The position numbers and the translations under genes were made by a program. The notes beneath the pieces are model-generated. The model was not told where the DNA came from. It made no database searches and saw only the letters and a list, made by a program, of their open reading frames with translations. Shown one piece after another: positions 19,182-29,617 of a DNA stretch of 64,000 nucleotides (position 1 is the first letter of the stretch; each line of letters opens with the position of its first letter). The stretch is from contig JAFGJO010000055.1 of assembly GCA_016929065.1 (NCBI GenBank), forward strand, positions 401 to 64,400, in the 5' to 3' direction. The stretch comes from Spirochaetales bacterium. GTDB taxonomy: Bacteria; Spirochaetota; Spirochaetia; SZUA-6; RPPD01.

Positions 19182-19976
19182 TCAAAAAGGTATACCATCA
19201 GGCTCTTTAGTTTTTGACTCATTATGAAATGACAGGAGATTCTTGTTGTTTTGAATCCATTGTATACCGTTTTTAGTAACTACATATGCTTTGTATTCTT
19301 CATTATTATATTCAGTATCAGTCAATATCTTAGTTGCTAAAAAACCTTTTTCTTCCAATGCTGTCACACCAAGAGCTACAGCAATATCATTAAAATTTAA
19401 ACTGAGCATTTTTTGTTTGAGCTGATATTGAGATATACCTCCATCCATTGTTGTCCAATATGCAAATGCGGTAGATAGAATTGCAACCTCATAATCTTTG
19501 AGATCAGATTGTTGTTCAGTTTCCGGTTTTAAAGTTTGAACACTAGACATTCTTGAGTAATCTTTTAACTCATTTTTAGTCCATTTTATGATATTTTTTT
19601 CTAATTCATCATATCCGCTTCTGGAATCAGTACGGTAATATATTACTGGTCTATGTTGAATATCAAAAGGCAGACGACTTCTTTTTGCTTTATCGCATAA
19701 AATAACAGTGGGTCTAAAAAGAGCCAATGCATATCCTAATTCTAACCATACATTTGGATTGTCTTCACTAACTTCGGCGATACAAATTGCTGCAGAACGA
19801 ATATTTGATTCGATTTTTTCAATTATAGGATTTAAACCTAAAATATCGTCTGCTCTTTGAGGATCAACATTTGCCTTTAATAATGCAGGTTTAATAGTTT
19901 CTATATATCTTCTATCATAAGGCCCATTATCAAAGTGTTGGATAACAAAACAAAGTGGTTTGGTATTTTCACTCAT
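19182..19976 (-). CDS. Nucleoside 2-deoxyribosyltransferase-like domain fused to a C-terminal winged-helix-like domain
   Basis: ATG at 19976 with aaaGGAG 5 nt upstream (the track's longer start is TTG). NDT-like beta1 CFVIQHFDNG and catalytic-region pattern NVWLELGYALALFRPTVIL. AT-rich context. Confidence 0.65.
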   Translation of the reverse strand: MSENTKPLCFVIQHFDNGPYDRRYIETIKPALLKANVDPQRADDILGLNPIIEKIESNIRSAAICIAEVSEDNPNVWLELGYALALFRPTVILCDKAKRSRLPFDIQHRPVIYYRTDSRSGYDELEKNIIKWTKNELKDYSRMSSVQTLKPETEQQSDLKDYEVAILSTAFAYWTTMDGGISQYQLKQKMLSLNFNDIAVALGVTALEEKGFLATKILTDTEYNNEEYKAYVVTKNGIQWIQNNKNLLSFHNESKTKEPDGIPF

Positions 19977-20364
19977 ATCATGCTCCTTTAACAATAATTA
20001 TTATTGCTTTAAAATAACATCAAACATATCACCCATCTCCCGGTATCTGCACAAATCTTTACCTGAAAATCATACTCAGATTAACTATCCCCTGCAAGCA
20101 AAAAAAAAGTGGTTATAAATTGGTATTTACGTGGATGATTGAAAGTGTTCCCTAACAAATTATGGAACACTTTCAAACCAATAGGAGTGACCTCAAGGCC
20201 ATTTAAACCGAGCTCTTGAATTTACAGCCAGCTTGACCGCATGGTATTGTATGGATATCAGTTATCCCGTCTCGAACCAGTTTCGAGGCTATTCGCGAAA
20301 ACGCGCGCGATTGAACGCGTGCGTGGGTATTCGTAGTACACTCATCCTGTCTCTTTGTTGCTGT

Positions 20365-20859
20365 TTAGACATCAAACCAGAATCGAAGCCCCAGGGCGAT
20401 TTGTGCCTGGAATTTTTCATAATCCATTTCACTGGCATAAAGCGGAACCCATGCAGGAGCCACCTCCAGAAACATTTCCACTGTTTCGTTGTTGGCCGGC
20501 CAAATCTGAAGCCCAATCGGCAGTCGAAGACCGGCCGAGTACCACAGGGCATCCAGAGTCATTGCTCCGTAAAGGCCAAGGCCAAGATAAAAATTGATGG
20601 CTCCGCTTGTGTGAAAAAGCCAGTAGTCGATGGTCGCGGTGAGCTCGGTTTCACCGCTGAGCTCATTGTAAAAGTTCGCGCCAAAGGCCAAAAACAGCGG
20701 TATTCCCGGCAGGTGAAAAGTAGCCATCGCGCCGAAGGTTTCCGGGCTGGTGTAGATGCCTTCAACGCCGAATGCAAGATCCCGTGTGTTTTTAAGGGAG
20801 AAACCCTGCACAGCAAAAGCCAAAAGGCCGATCAGTACAAGTACAGTCAATTTGTTCAT
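20365..20859 (-). CDS. Small outer-membrane beta-barrel-like protein
   Basis: Signal peptide. Alternating amphipathic beta strands. C-terminal aromatic RFWFDV. Confidence 0.55.
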   Translation of the reverse strand: MNKLTVLVLIGLLAFAVQGFSLKNTRDLAFGVEGIYTSPETFGAMATFHLPGIPLFLAFGANFYNELSGETELTATIDYWLFHTSGAINFYLGLGLYGAMTLDALWYSAGLRLPIGLQIWPANNETVEMFLEVAPAWVPLYASEMDYEKFQAQIALGLRFWFDV

Positions 20860-21110
20860 ATTGCCACCTCTTGAAGATATATTGTATTACTTTTCCGCAG
20901 GGTATCCCATTGAACAACCGCGGTCAATGTCATTGAGGAAAATCATGCCAAAAGGCATATCAGTATAGTTAGAAAAGATGTTCTTCCGCCCTCTTGTTCG
21001 GTTTGATCTATAAATCAGTTTATACTATTGGACAAAACAAAAAAATCGTATAAAATATTTCCGACTGGGAACATTGCATCCTCAACATACTCTTTTAGAG
21101 GTTTTTTTAC

Positions 21111-22901
21111 ATGGCCAAGAAACACAATTACGACGAAAGCAAGGTCAAAACCCTTAGTTCTCTCGAACATATCCGTCTTCGCTCCGGAATGTATATCGGG
21201 CGGCTGGGTGACGGCTCCAATATTGATGACGGTGTTTATATTCTTTTAAAGGAAGTCATCGACAATTCGGTGGACGAATTTATCATGGGGCATGGAACAA
21301 AAATACACATTTCCATCGATGGCAAGCTGGTCAAAGTGCGGGATTACGGACGCGGCATTCCCCTCGGCAAGGTAATTGACTGTGTATCAATTATTAATAC
21401 CGGTGCAAAATACAATGACGACGTGTTTCAGTTCAGCGTCGGATTAAACGGGGTGGGAACCAAGGCGGTCAATGCGCTTTCAAAACACTTTCGGGTGGTT
21501 TCTGTCCGTGACGGGAAATATTTCGAAGCCGTTTTTTCAAAAGGAAAATTGAAAAACAAGGCTGAGGGAACAGCATCAAAAGATAAAGCCGGCACCTATG
21601 TCGAGTTTGAGCCGGATCCGGAAATATTTGGGGAATTCACATTCAACATGGAATACATTGACCAGCGGATGTGGAATTACGCGTACCTTAATTCCGGATT
21701 GACCATGGTCTTCAACAAACAGGAGTACCAGTCCCAGCGGGGCCTGTACGACCTGCTTGAGTCCGAGGTCGGCGATGAACCCGTATACGATATTTCCTAT
21801 TATAAGGGCGACCATATTGAGTTTGCCTTTACTCACACCCAGGCATACGGGGAGACGTACTTTTCGTTTGTAAACGGCCAGTTTACCTCGGACGGCGGGA
21901 CGCATTTAAGCGCGTTCCGCGAGGGGCTCCTGAAGGGTGTCAACGAGTTTTATCAAAAGTCGTATTCCGGAATCGATGTGCGTGAGGGCATCGCCGGTGT
22001 TATATCGGTAAAACTGAAAAGTCCTGTTTTTGAAAGCCAGACAAAAAACAAGCTCGGCAATACCGAAATCCGATCATGGATTATCAATGACACCAAAGCA
22101 GCAGTGGTCGATTTTCTGCATAAAAACAACCTTGCCGCCAAAAAACTCGAAGAGAAGATCGCCAACAATGAGAAACTCCGCAAGGAACTGAATGTTGTCC
22201 GCAAGGAAGCAAAGGACGCGGCCAAAAAAATAGCGCTTAAAATCCCCAACCTCAAGGACTGCAAGGATCACCTTGGAGACAAAAACGGCGAGTACTCCAT
22301 GATTTTCATTACTGAAGGCCAGTCCGCTTCGGGGTCGATGGTTTCATGCCGCGATGTGTACACCCAGGCAATTTTTTCGCTCAAGGGCAAACCGCAGAAC
22401 ATGTTTGACCGCAGGCAGGCGGAGATCTATAAAAATGCCGAGCTGTACAACATGATGATGGCGCTCGGGATCGAAAACGATATCGAAGGCCTGCGGTATG
22501 CCAAAATTGTCATCGCGACCGATGCGGACAACGACGGCTTTCATATCAGAAATTTGCTGATGACCTTTTTCCTGAACTTTTTCGAGGAACTGGTGGTTGC
22601 ACAGCGGGTCTATATTCTTGAAACCCCGCTGTTCCGTGTCCGCAATAAAAAAGAAACCGTGTACTGTTACAGCGAGAAAGAACGCGATGAAGCAACCCAA
22701 CGGCTCGCAAACCCGGAAGTAACCCGGTTCAAGGGACTGGGAGAGATCAGCCCGAACGAGTTTGGACAATTTATCGGCGATAATATACGGCTGGTGAATG
22801 TGAATATCAAAACGATGAAGGAAGTTCCGGGTATCCTGGAATTCTATATGGGAAAAAACACTCCTGAGCGCAGGGAATATATAATGGAGAATTTGATCTG
22901 A
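21111..22901 (+). CDS. parE: Type IIA topoisomerase subunit B (short ParE/GyrB-like, 596 aa)
   Basis: GHKL ATPase and TOPRIM motifs (GLNGVGTKAVNALS, ATDADNDGFHI). Confidence 0.9.
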   Translation: MAKKHNYDESKVKTLSSLEHIRLRSGMYIGRLGDGSNIDDGVYILLKEVIDNSVDEFIMGHGTKIHISIDGKLVKVRDYGRGIPLGKVIDCVSIINTGAKYNDDVFQFSVGLNGVGTKAVNALSKHFRVVSVRDGKYFEAVFSKGKLKNKAEGTASKDKAGTYVEFEPDPEIFGEFTFNMEYIDQRMWNYAYLNSGLTMVFNKQEYQSQRGLYDLLESEVGDEPVYDISYYKGDHIEFAFTHTQAYGETYFSFVNGQFTSDGGTHLSAFREGLLKGVNEFYQKSYSGIDVREGIAGVISVKLKSPVFESQTKNKLGNTEIRSWIINDTKAAVVDFLHKNNLAAKKLEEKIANNEKLRKELNVVRKEAKDAAKKIALKIPNLKDCKDHLGDKNGEYSMIFITEGQSASGSMVSCRDVYTQAIFSLKGKPQNMFDRRQAEIYKNAELYNMMMALGIENDIEGLRYAKIVIATDADNDGFHIRNLLMTFFLNFFEELVVAQRVYILETPLFRVRNKKETVYCYSEKERDEATQRLANPEVTRFKGLGEISPNEFGQFIGDNIRLVNVNIKTMKEVPGILEFYMGKNTPERREYIMENLI

Positions 22902-22902
22902 T

Positions 22903-25014
22903 ATGGCATATGTAAAAACTCTTTTTGATACCAATTTTCTGGAATACGCTTCTTATGTTATCAAGGACCGGGCTATCCCCCATTTGAATGATGGGCTCAA
23001 ACCCGTGCAGCGGCGTATCCTGCATTCCCTGCTGGAAATGGATGACGGAAAATTCCATAAAGTGGCGAATGTTGTCGGACACTGTATGAAATATCACCCG
23101 CACGGCGATGCATCCATTTATTCGGCGCTCGTTGTGTTGGCAAACAAGGAACTGTTTATCGACCGGCAGGGAAACTTTGGAAATATTTTTACCGGTGATG
23201 AGGCATCCGCTGCCAGGTATATTGAATGCCGAATCCTTCCCCTTGCAAAAAAGATACTGTATAACCCGGAGATTACACGGTATGAGGATTCTTATGACGG
23301 CAGGAACAAAGAGCCGGTCACCTTCCCGGCCAAGGTTCCGCTGGTTTTGGTCATGGGAGCAGAAGGCATCGCAGTCGGGATGTCCACTAAAATACTTCCT
23401 CATAACTTTGTGGAGGTGCTCGAAGCGGTAAAAGGCGGCCTGCGGGGGAAAAAAACCTTGCTTTATCCCGATTTCCTCACAGGGGGCGAAGTGGATGTGT
23501 CGGACTATCAGGACGGAATGGGTAAAGTTCTTGTCCGCGCAAAACTGGATGTTTCTGATCCGAAGCGCATCCTTATTACCGAACTCCCGTTCGGGTCCAC
23601 GACAGAATCGCTGATAACCTCGATAGAAAATGCCGCGAAAAAGAACAAGATCAAGATTGCCGGGATAAATGATTTTACTACTGACAAGGTGGAAATCGAG
23701 ATCAAACTCCAGCGGGGCACCTATACCACAGAGGTCGTTGATGCACTCTATGCGTTTACCGACTGCGAGATGTCGATATCAGTGAACTCACTTATTATAG
23801 TAGAAAAAAACCCGCGGCTCATGACGGTGAGTGAAATTATTGCCCATCACAGCCAGCGGCTTTTGAAGATTCTTTCAGCAGAACTCAAAATCGAAGAGGG
23901 AAAACTGAAAGACAGGCATCATGCGCGGACGCTTGAGCAGATATTCATCCAGGAACGCATTTATAAAAAGATTGAGGACAAAAAGACACAGGCGGGTGTG
24001 GTGAAAGCGGTATTGGACGGATTAAAACCGTTTGCGAATGTTATAAAACGCGAGGTGATCGAGGAAGATGTCGAGCGCCTGTTAAAGATACCGATCCGAA
24101 GAATTTCTTTATATGATATCAACAGGGCGCGGACCGAACTCGAAGAAATCGAAGCCAGACTGAAGGAAGTGCGCAGGCACCTGAAAAATATTATTGAGTA
24201 TGCAGAAGGATTTCTGGACGAGGTGATCCGCGATTATGGAGCACAATTCCAGCGGAAGACCGTGATCACCAGTTTTGAAAAAATCGATGCCCGCGAAGCC
24301 GCTGCAGCACAGCGGAATCTGGATCTGCGGTATGACGAGGAAACCGGGTATATCGGAACCGGTGTCAATACGGGGCGGCTGTTGTTCAAGGTTTCCTCCT
24401 ATGACAGAATTCTGGTGATACGCAGGACCGGTGCGTACTCGGTGATTGATGTACCGGACAGGCTGTTTGTCGACAAGGGAATGTATCACTGCGTGATGGC
24501 CGACAAGGACGAGATGGCCAGAACAGTGATCTCTGCGGTATATAAAAACAAAACCACCGGGCATCCGTATATAAAACGCTGTATCATCGACAAGTTTATC
24601 ATCGGCAAAGGGTACACTCTTGTCGGCGACGAGTTTCAGATGCTCTGTCTGACTGCACAGAAAGACGGGTTTGTTCGTGTACAATATCTTCCGAAACCGC
24701 GGGTAAAAATGACCGAGCAATATTTTAAAATATCCAGCTATCTGGTGAAGGGGATCAAGGCCGGCGGCGTGCGGCTGTCGACCCGCGAGGCAAAGGATGC
24801 AGGTATTGTCGACAGGGAAAAAAAGACTGAAAACACAACCGCTCCCGCGGGAAAAACAGCAGTAAAAAATGTTTCCTTAAAAAAGAAACCGGTTAAAAAA
24901 AAGAAGTTTGTGAAAAAGTCAGCCGGAAATAAAAAGGCTGCTGTGTCAAAAAAGCAGCCGGCAAAAAAATCAGGGCTGCTGCAGAAGATGACAAAAAAAA
25001 GAAAGAAACAATAA
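22903..25014 (+). CDS. parC: Type IIA topoisomerase subunit A (ParC/GyrA-like) with Lys-rich C-terminal tail
   Basis: GLKPVQRRILHSL and HPHGDASIY motifs. Starts 1 nt after the B-subunit stop. Last about 100 aa are K-rich. Confidence 0.9.
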   Translation: MAYVKTLFDTNFLEYASYVIKDRAIPHLNDGLKPVQRRILHSLLEMDDGKFHKVANVVGHCMKYHPHGDASIYSALVVLANKELFIDRQGNFGNIFTGDEASAARYIECRILPLAKKILYNPEITRYEDSYDGRNKEPVTFPAKVPLVLVMGAEGIAVGMSTKILPHNFVEVLEAVKGGLRGKKTLLYPDFLTGGEVDVSDYQDGMGKVLVRAKLDVSDPKRILITELPFGSTTESLITSIENAAKKNKIKIAGINDFTTDKVEIEIKLQRGTYTTEVVDALYAFTDCEMSISVNSLIIVEKNPRLMTVSEIIAHHSQRLLKILSAELKIEEGKLKDRHHARTLEQIFIQERIYKKIEDKKTQAGVVKAVLDGLKPFANVIKREVIEEDVERLLKIPIRRISLYDINRARTELEEIEARLKEVRRHLKNIIEYAEGFLDEVIRDYGAQFQRKTVITSFEKIDAREAAAAQRNLDLRYDEETGYIGTGVNTGRLLFKVSSYDRILVIRRTGAYSVIDVPDRLFVDKGMYHCVMADKDEMARTVISAVYKNKTTGHPYIKRCIIDKFIIGKGYTLVGDEFQMLCLTAQKDGFVRVQYLPKPRVKMTEQYFKISSYLVKGIKAGGVRLSTREAKDAGIVDREKKTENTTAPAGKTAVKNVSLKKKPVKKKKFVKKSAGNKKAAVSKKQPAKKSGLLQKMTKKRKKQ

Positions 25015-25059
25015 ACAGCATCACCAGCTTGAGAATCTCAAAAATTTCGCAGTTATAGG

Positions 25060-25161
25060 TCAACACAGAAAAGTGTGGTTAAGAAAAAAGCCTTTACAAA
25101 TCCGGGAAAGAAAATAAAAGCTGTGTCTGCGAAGATATTTAAGAAGTGTTTCCCTCTTCAT
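25060..25161 (-). pseudogene. Truncated HicA-like toxin ORF (33 codons), coupled to HicB
   Basis: MKRETLLKYLRRHSFYFLSRICKGFF resembles the HicA/YcfA N-terminus (MKxxELIxxLExxG..). TGATG stop/start overlap with HicB. Ends early at TGA. Confidence 0.3.
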
Positions 25162-25373
25162 CAGAGCGTAACTATTTCCTTGATCGCATTTCCCGGAATT
25201 CCACGCATGGCATCTTCCCGCCTGTCTTCCAGTATAAGGGATATCGCTTCTTTAAGATTTTGAATACATTCAGCTGTTGTTTTCCCCTGACCATTCGCAC
25301 CGGGAATTTCCGGACAATATCCAATATACCATTCTCCATCTTTTTCCAGAATTGCGGTAAACTCGTTATGCAT
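25161..25373 (-). CDS. hicB: HicB-family antitoxin (UPF0150)
   Basis: FTAILEKDGEWYIGYCPEIPGANGQGKTTAECIQNLKEAI. RBS GGGGGA before the internal ATG. Confidence 0.65.
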   Translation of the reverse strand: MHNEFTAILEKDGEWYIGYCPEIPGANGQGKTTAECIQNLKEAISLILEDRREDAMRGIPGNAIKEIVTL

Positions 25374-25932
25374 ATTTTCCCCCGTTAACTGATTATACTG
25401 TTTTATTTTTGGTTTTTCAATTCCGGTTATCATGCATTCAAACGACGACAGTACCTGTGTGTCGGAATATCTTTCGATTATCCGTGTCGGCTATATCTGT
25501 GGCAACGTTGAAACCGTCGCCAATTTTGACACTGTTTTGAGTATGATATCCTGTAGTTCATACAGTTCACGATAATTTATTTGCGTATCCATGATGGTTA
25601 AGCCTTCCATGTTTGACGAAATAACACTGCGTAAGAAAGATCACGGCGTTTTTCAAGCCGGCCTGAAACCGTAAGTGCCGGCAGCGAGTGCCGAAGCTTC
25701 TCAAAATCAGGATCATTGTGCAGTAATTTTTCTTATGCTGTTTCAACATCGATGGTATAGTCGCCCCAAAAGCATTAATCGAGAACTTTACGCAATACGT
25801 TTTGCCTTGCTGAATCCATATCAAAAAAATTATACCAGATTAAACAAGAGAAGGGAATGCTGTGCTCATGCCACAGAATGTTTCCGCTGAATTTCCATTC
25901 TGTAAAGCACATATTCATGCTACACTGTACCC

Positions 25933-27102
25933 ATGTCCACCGAATGGTTCGGCAATGCCGTTATCTACCATATTCTGATTGACCGCTTTGCCGGTTTTAC
26001 CGTTCAAGAAAATAAATCTTCCCCAAAACAACCCGGGTTTATGGGGGGAACGCTCTCCGGTATTACCGAAAAGCTCGATTACATACAGAATCTCGGCATG
26101 AATACAATCTGGCTTTCCCCGTTCTATAAAACAACCGCGTATCACGGGTATCATATTACCGATTTTTATTCTGTTGAACCGCGGTTTGGAACGCTTGGTG
26201 ATTTGAAAGTGCTGATAAAAGCTGCTCATGACCGGGGCCTTCGGACTATAGCGGATTTCGTGCCGAATCATTGCAGTTATCAGCATCCCTTTTTCAAAGA
26301 TGCAAAGAGCAATCCGGAAAGCCCCTACCGAAACTGGTTTTTCTTTTCAAAATGGCCGAATAAATACCGGGCGTTTTTTGACTTTTTTGAACTGCCGAAA
26401 CTCAATGTGAATAATCCGGAAACTGCGCAACATCTTTTAGAGGCTGCAGAGTACTGGACAAGGATGGGAATAGACGGATTTCGAATCGACCATGCGGTTG
26501 GAGTCCCGAAAATATTCCTGAAGGATTTGTCCAGGGCAATTAAAAAGGAGAACCCGAATGCTATACTGATTGGCGAGGCCTGGATGGCCAATCCGGGGTG
26601 GAAATATTTACAGGACATTGATTTGCCCAACAAATACCTGCGAAGGCTGTTCGGCTGCATCACCCAGGAGTTTGTCCAGCGTGAATACGTCGGCATCCTG
26701 GATGGCGTTCTGGATTTTTTTGTTCGTGATTTAATGCTCGAGTTTATTGCGCATAAAGACTAGCCAGAATTTCATTCCGGTGTGTTGTGGAAAAAATTGC
26801 AGAAACATTACTCGCAGTATCCAAAAGATTTTTACCTGCCTGTTTTTTTGGACAATCATGATACAAACAGATTTTTGTTTGAATGCGGGGGAAATAGTGA
26901 AAAACTGAAAAGAGGGATGGCGGCCCTCAGGCAGACAGGACAGCCGGTCGTAATCTATTATGGTACAGAAATACAAATGTCTCATGATACTTCGGTTGAT
27001 CAGGGAACGGCTTATTCCGAAGAAGCGGCCCGCGGCAGGATGGTGTGGAATCATGATGACGCAAAATTACGGGAATACATCCGGCACTTGTTTTTGGAAT
27101 AA
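25933..27102 (+). pseudogene. GH13 alpha-amylase-family gene interrupted by one in-frame TAG at 26761-26763
   Basis: GH13 regions DFVPNH, GFRIDHA and FLDNHDTNRF. The two listed ORFs are in the same frame, separated only by the TAG. Confidence 0.6.
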
Positions 27103-27334
27103 TGTCTGCTATGTATTATGAGAAATGATCCAAAAATCTAAAATATATAAAATATGACTAACACCAATCCCTTATATAAAATATGCTCAACAACAAAAAA
27201 TTGATCAGATATACTATTCCCTTGTTTATGCGTTTTCCTTCATCATGGACAGGAATGTATTGCTTCACATTATTACTTATTAAGTAACAATCAAAAAACG
27301 GAGTTACATTTAAATTTTTTTAGGGGGAATATGT

Positions 27335-29350
27335 ATGAAGAGGAGTATTCTTACAGTTCTGGCGGCAGCGCTGTTCGCTGTTGCATTTATCGCGGCCTGT
27401 ACCGCTCCGGTCGGCGACGGCGGCGGTGGCGGAAGCACTACATGGATCGGTACCGGTATCAAGGTTGCGTATGTAACCGACTCGACAAACGCAGGACTTA
27501 CCTATCCGAATGACACGGTCATATATCCAGCACTTGTGGCGGATGCGGCCTTCGATGTGCTGGCGGTTGATGCCGGCAGCGCAGATCTTGCAACGATCTG
27601 CGGCGAAGCGGATGTAGTATATTGTTCTGAAATTCCCAAATCCGATAATACTGGCTGGGCGACGCTTGAGGGTTTTAACAAGCCGATGCTCTTCAACAAA
27701 GTGTATGCGTATAAAGAAACCGTATGGAACTGGGCAACGACCGGATATGGTGATAATGGTACAGCGACAAATATTGTTCTTGATGATCCCGGACATGCGA
27801 TTTTTACCGGTTTATCCGGAACGACTGTTCCTGTTCTCAGCGCGGTTGGCGGTGCTACTCCCAAGGGAATCAGTTATATGAATCCTGCAAGTTTTACCGG
27901 TGGACCGACGGTTTCTACGCTTGCGCATGTTGATGGAGCGGCATCTCAGGTCTCTATCCTTGAAATTGACGCTGATGTAAACATGAACGGCACCGTACTG
28001 CCTCAGAAGTTTCTCCAGTTTGCTATTAATGGAGAATCATACGCGAATGTCACTGCTGATGGTGTTACCATTATTAAAAACTCTATCTACTACCTGGCGA
28101 CCGGTACCGTACCCGGATTTGTCGAAACCCTGGACGGAACCATCACGGTGAGTCTCAGCGGTGCGGGTGCGAACGATACGCAGAATCTGCTGGCCATGTC
28201 AGTGTCTCCGGAAGCTACGGGTTTAGCTACTATTACCGGCGGCGTGGCATCCTTTGCCCTCTCTACCGACGGCGGAGCAACCGACTATGTCTACTCAGGC
28301 GGTGCAAATATCACCATCAGGGCTTTTATTGATGTTGACGACAGCGGCGGAACAGAGCCGAATGCAGGCGATCTGGTATACGTTTCACCCACTCCGGTGG
28401 TTGTTGACGGCAATATGACCGTTAACCTGACCCTGTCGGATTTCACAACCTATGTCCTGTCTACTGACGCGACCCTGTCAAACCTGACACTCTCAACAAG
28501 TACACTTGTTTCGACAGGAACGTATACCTATACAGGGACGGCCGGATCATTTGATGCTTCTGCGACCGTGACTCCGACCGCAAATGATGCGAATGCAACG
28601 ATTCAGGTGCAGGTTAACAGCGGCGGATACTCATCGGTTACTTCAGGAGCAGCCTCGGGAAGCCTTGATTTAAATGAAGGCGCGAACACTATTGAGGTGC
28701 TGGTAACAGCTGAGGATCCTGCATCTACCCTCACCTATACAATCACGGTGACGAGAACCATCAATTACGGCGACATGACAACCGGTCTAACCAATTACCA
28801 GGCAGCAGTAGTAACTGCAGCAGGAACCGGTTGGAGCTATGATACCGGAACCATGACTATTACCGGAGCAGGAGATACCGGTTCTACCGCTGAAGCCATG
28901 AATACTTATTGGGCAACAAAAGCGGTGACCGGTGATTTTGTGTTCACTGTACGTCTGGTTACCCAGGGAGGAGCTGGTTCATCCAATCATGCACGGAGCG
29001 GTCTGGTAGCGGCATCAGCTGCGACAGCTGCAGATGTGTCTGGTACTAATTATTACTCGGTAATACGGTATTCAGATGGCACAGGTATCCGTGACTGCAG
29101 ATATATCGACGGTTCCGGAAGCAATAGTTCAAATATTGGATCTGATTTTACTATTCCGAAATATTTGAGATTGAGGAGAGTGGGAAACACTTTTTATGGA
29201 GAAACATCTGCCGACGGGAGTACATGGGCTACCCGGAACAGGACTGAGGTATTTCCTGCTACAGTGTATATAGGTTTTTTTGTCAGTTCCGGTGTTAATG
29301 ACGGAACTGCGGTTGCTACTTTTGACAATATTTCTCTTATTATGCCTTAA
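27335..29350 (+). CDS. Secreted Thr/Gly/Ser-rich surface lipoprotein; its C-terminal beta-sandwich-like domain is shared with the pectate lyase
   Basis: Lipobox IAACT followed by a G-rich linker. C-terminal 170 aa aligns with the last 170 aa of the 29618 gene. Confidence 0.7.
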   Translation: MKRSILTVLAAALFAVAFIAACTAPVGDGGGGGSTTWIGTGIKVAYVTDSTNAGLTYPNDTVIYPALVADAAFDVLAVDAGSADLATICGEADVVYCSEIPKSDNTGWATLEGFNKPMLFNKVYAYKETVWNWATTGYGDNGTATNIVLDDPGHAIFTGLSGTTVPVLSAVGGATPKGISYMNPASFTGGPTVSTLAHVDGAASQVSILEIDADVNMNGTVLPQKFLQFAINGESYANVTADGVTIIKNSIYYLATGTVPGFVETLDGTITVSLSGAGANDTQNLLAMSVSPEATGLATITGGVASFALSTDGGATDYVYSGGANITIRAFIDVDDSGGTEPNAGDLVYVSPTPVVVDGNMTVNLTLSDFTTYVLSTDATLSNLTLSTSTLVSTGTYTYTGTAGSFDASATVTPTANDANATIQVQVNSGGYSSVTSGAASGSLDLNEGANTIEVLVTAEDPASTLTYTITVTRTINYGDMTTGLTNYQAAVVTAAGTGWSYDTGTMTITGAGDTGSTAEAMNTYWATKAVTGDFVFTVRLVTQGGAGSSNHARSGLVAASAATAADVSGTNYYSVIRYSDGTGIRDCRYIDGSGSNSSNIGSDFTIPKYLRLRRVGNTFYGETSADGSTWATRNRTEVFPATVYIGFFVSSGVNDGTAVATFDNISLIMP

Positions 29351-29376
29351 AAGAGATCCTGATTCTGGTTTTAACA

Positions 29377-29412
29377 AGCCGTTCGCCGAAAGGTGGACGG
29401 CTTTTTTTTTCG
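29377..29412 (+). terminator. Rho-independent terminator
   Basis: agccgttc-gccgaaaggt-ggacggct followed by T9. Confidence 0.5.
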
Positions 29413-29617
29413 GGGGAAAAATTATCAAAATAAAACAATTTATACTGATAAATAAGAACATGATAATGAAATACTGCCAGGTAAAGACAGTCCCTTTTTT
29501 TATATAAATTGACCAGATATTGTATGTAAAAAACAATAGTGCAGGTATACATTGTTTTTATCAACTAATCTTTTTTTAAAAAATCGGAACATATATATAG
29601 CATAAGGAGTTTACTGA

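Noticed and set aside
20233-20874. 213-aa plus-strand ORF
   Set aside because: Opposite the more protein-like signal-peptide and beta-barrel ORF on the minus strand. The translation has no domain features.
22344-23403. Two minus-strand ORFs of about 196-198 aa
   Set aside because: Lie inside the highly conserved topoisomerase B and A genes.
26761-26763. Possible stop-codon reassignment (TAG as sense) explaining the split amylase
   Set aside because: At least two other genes in the window use TAG as their terminator.
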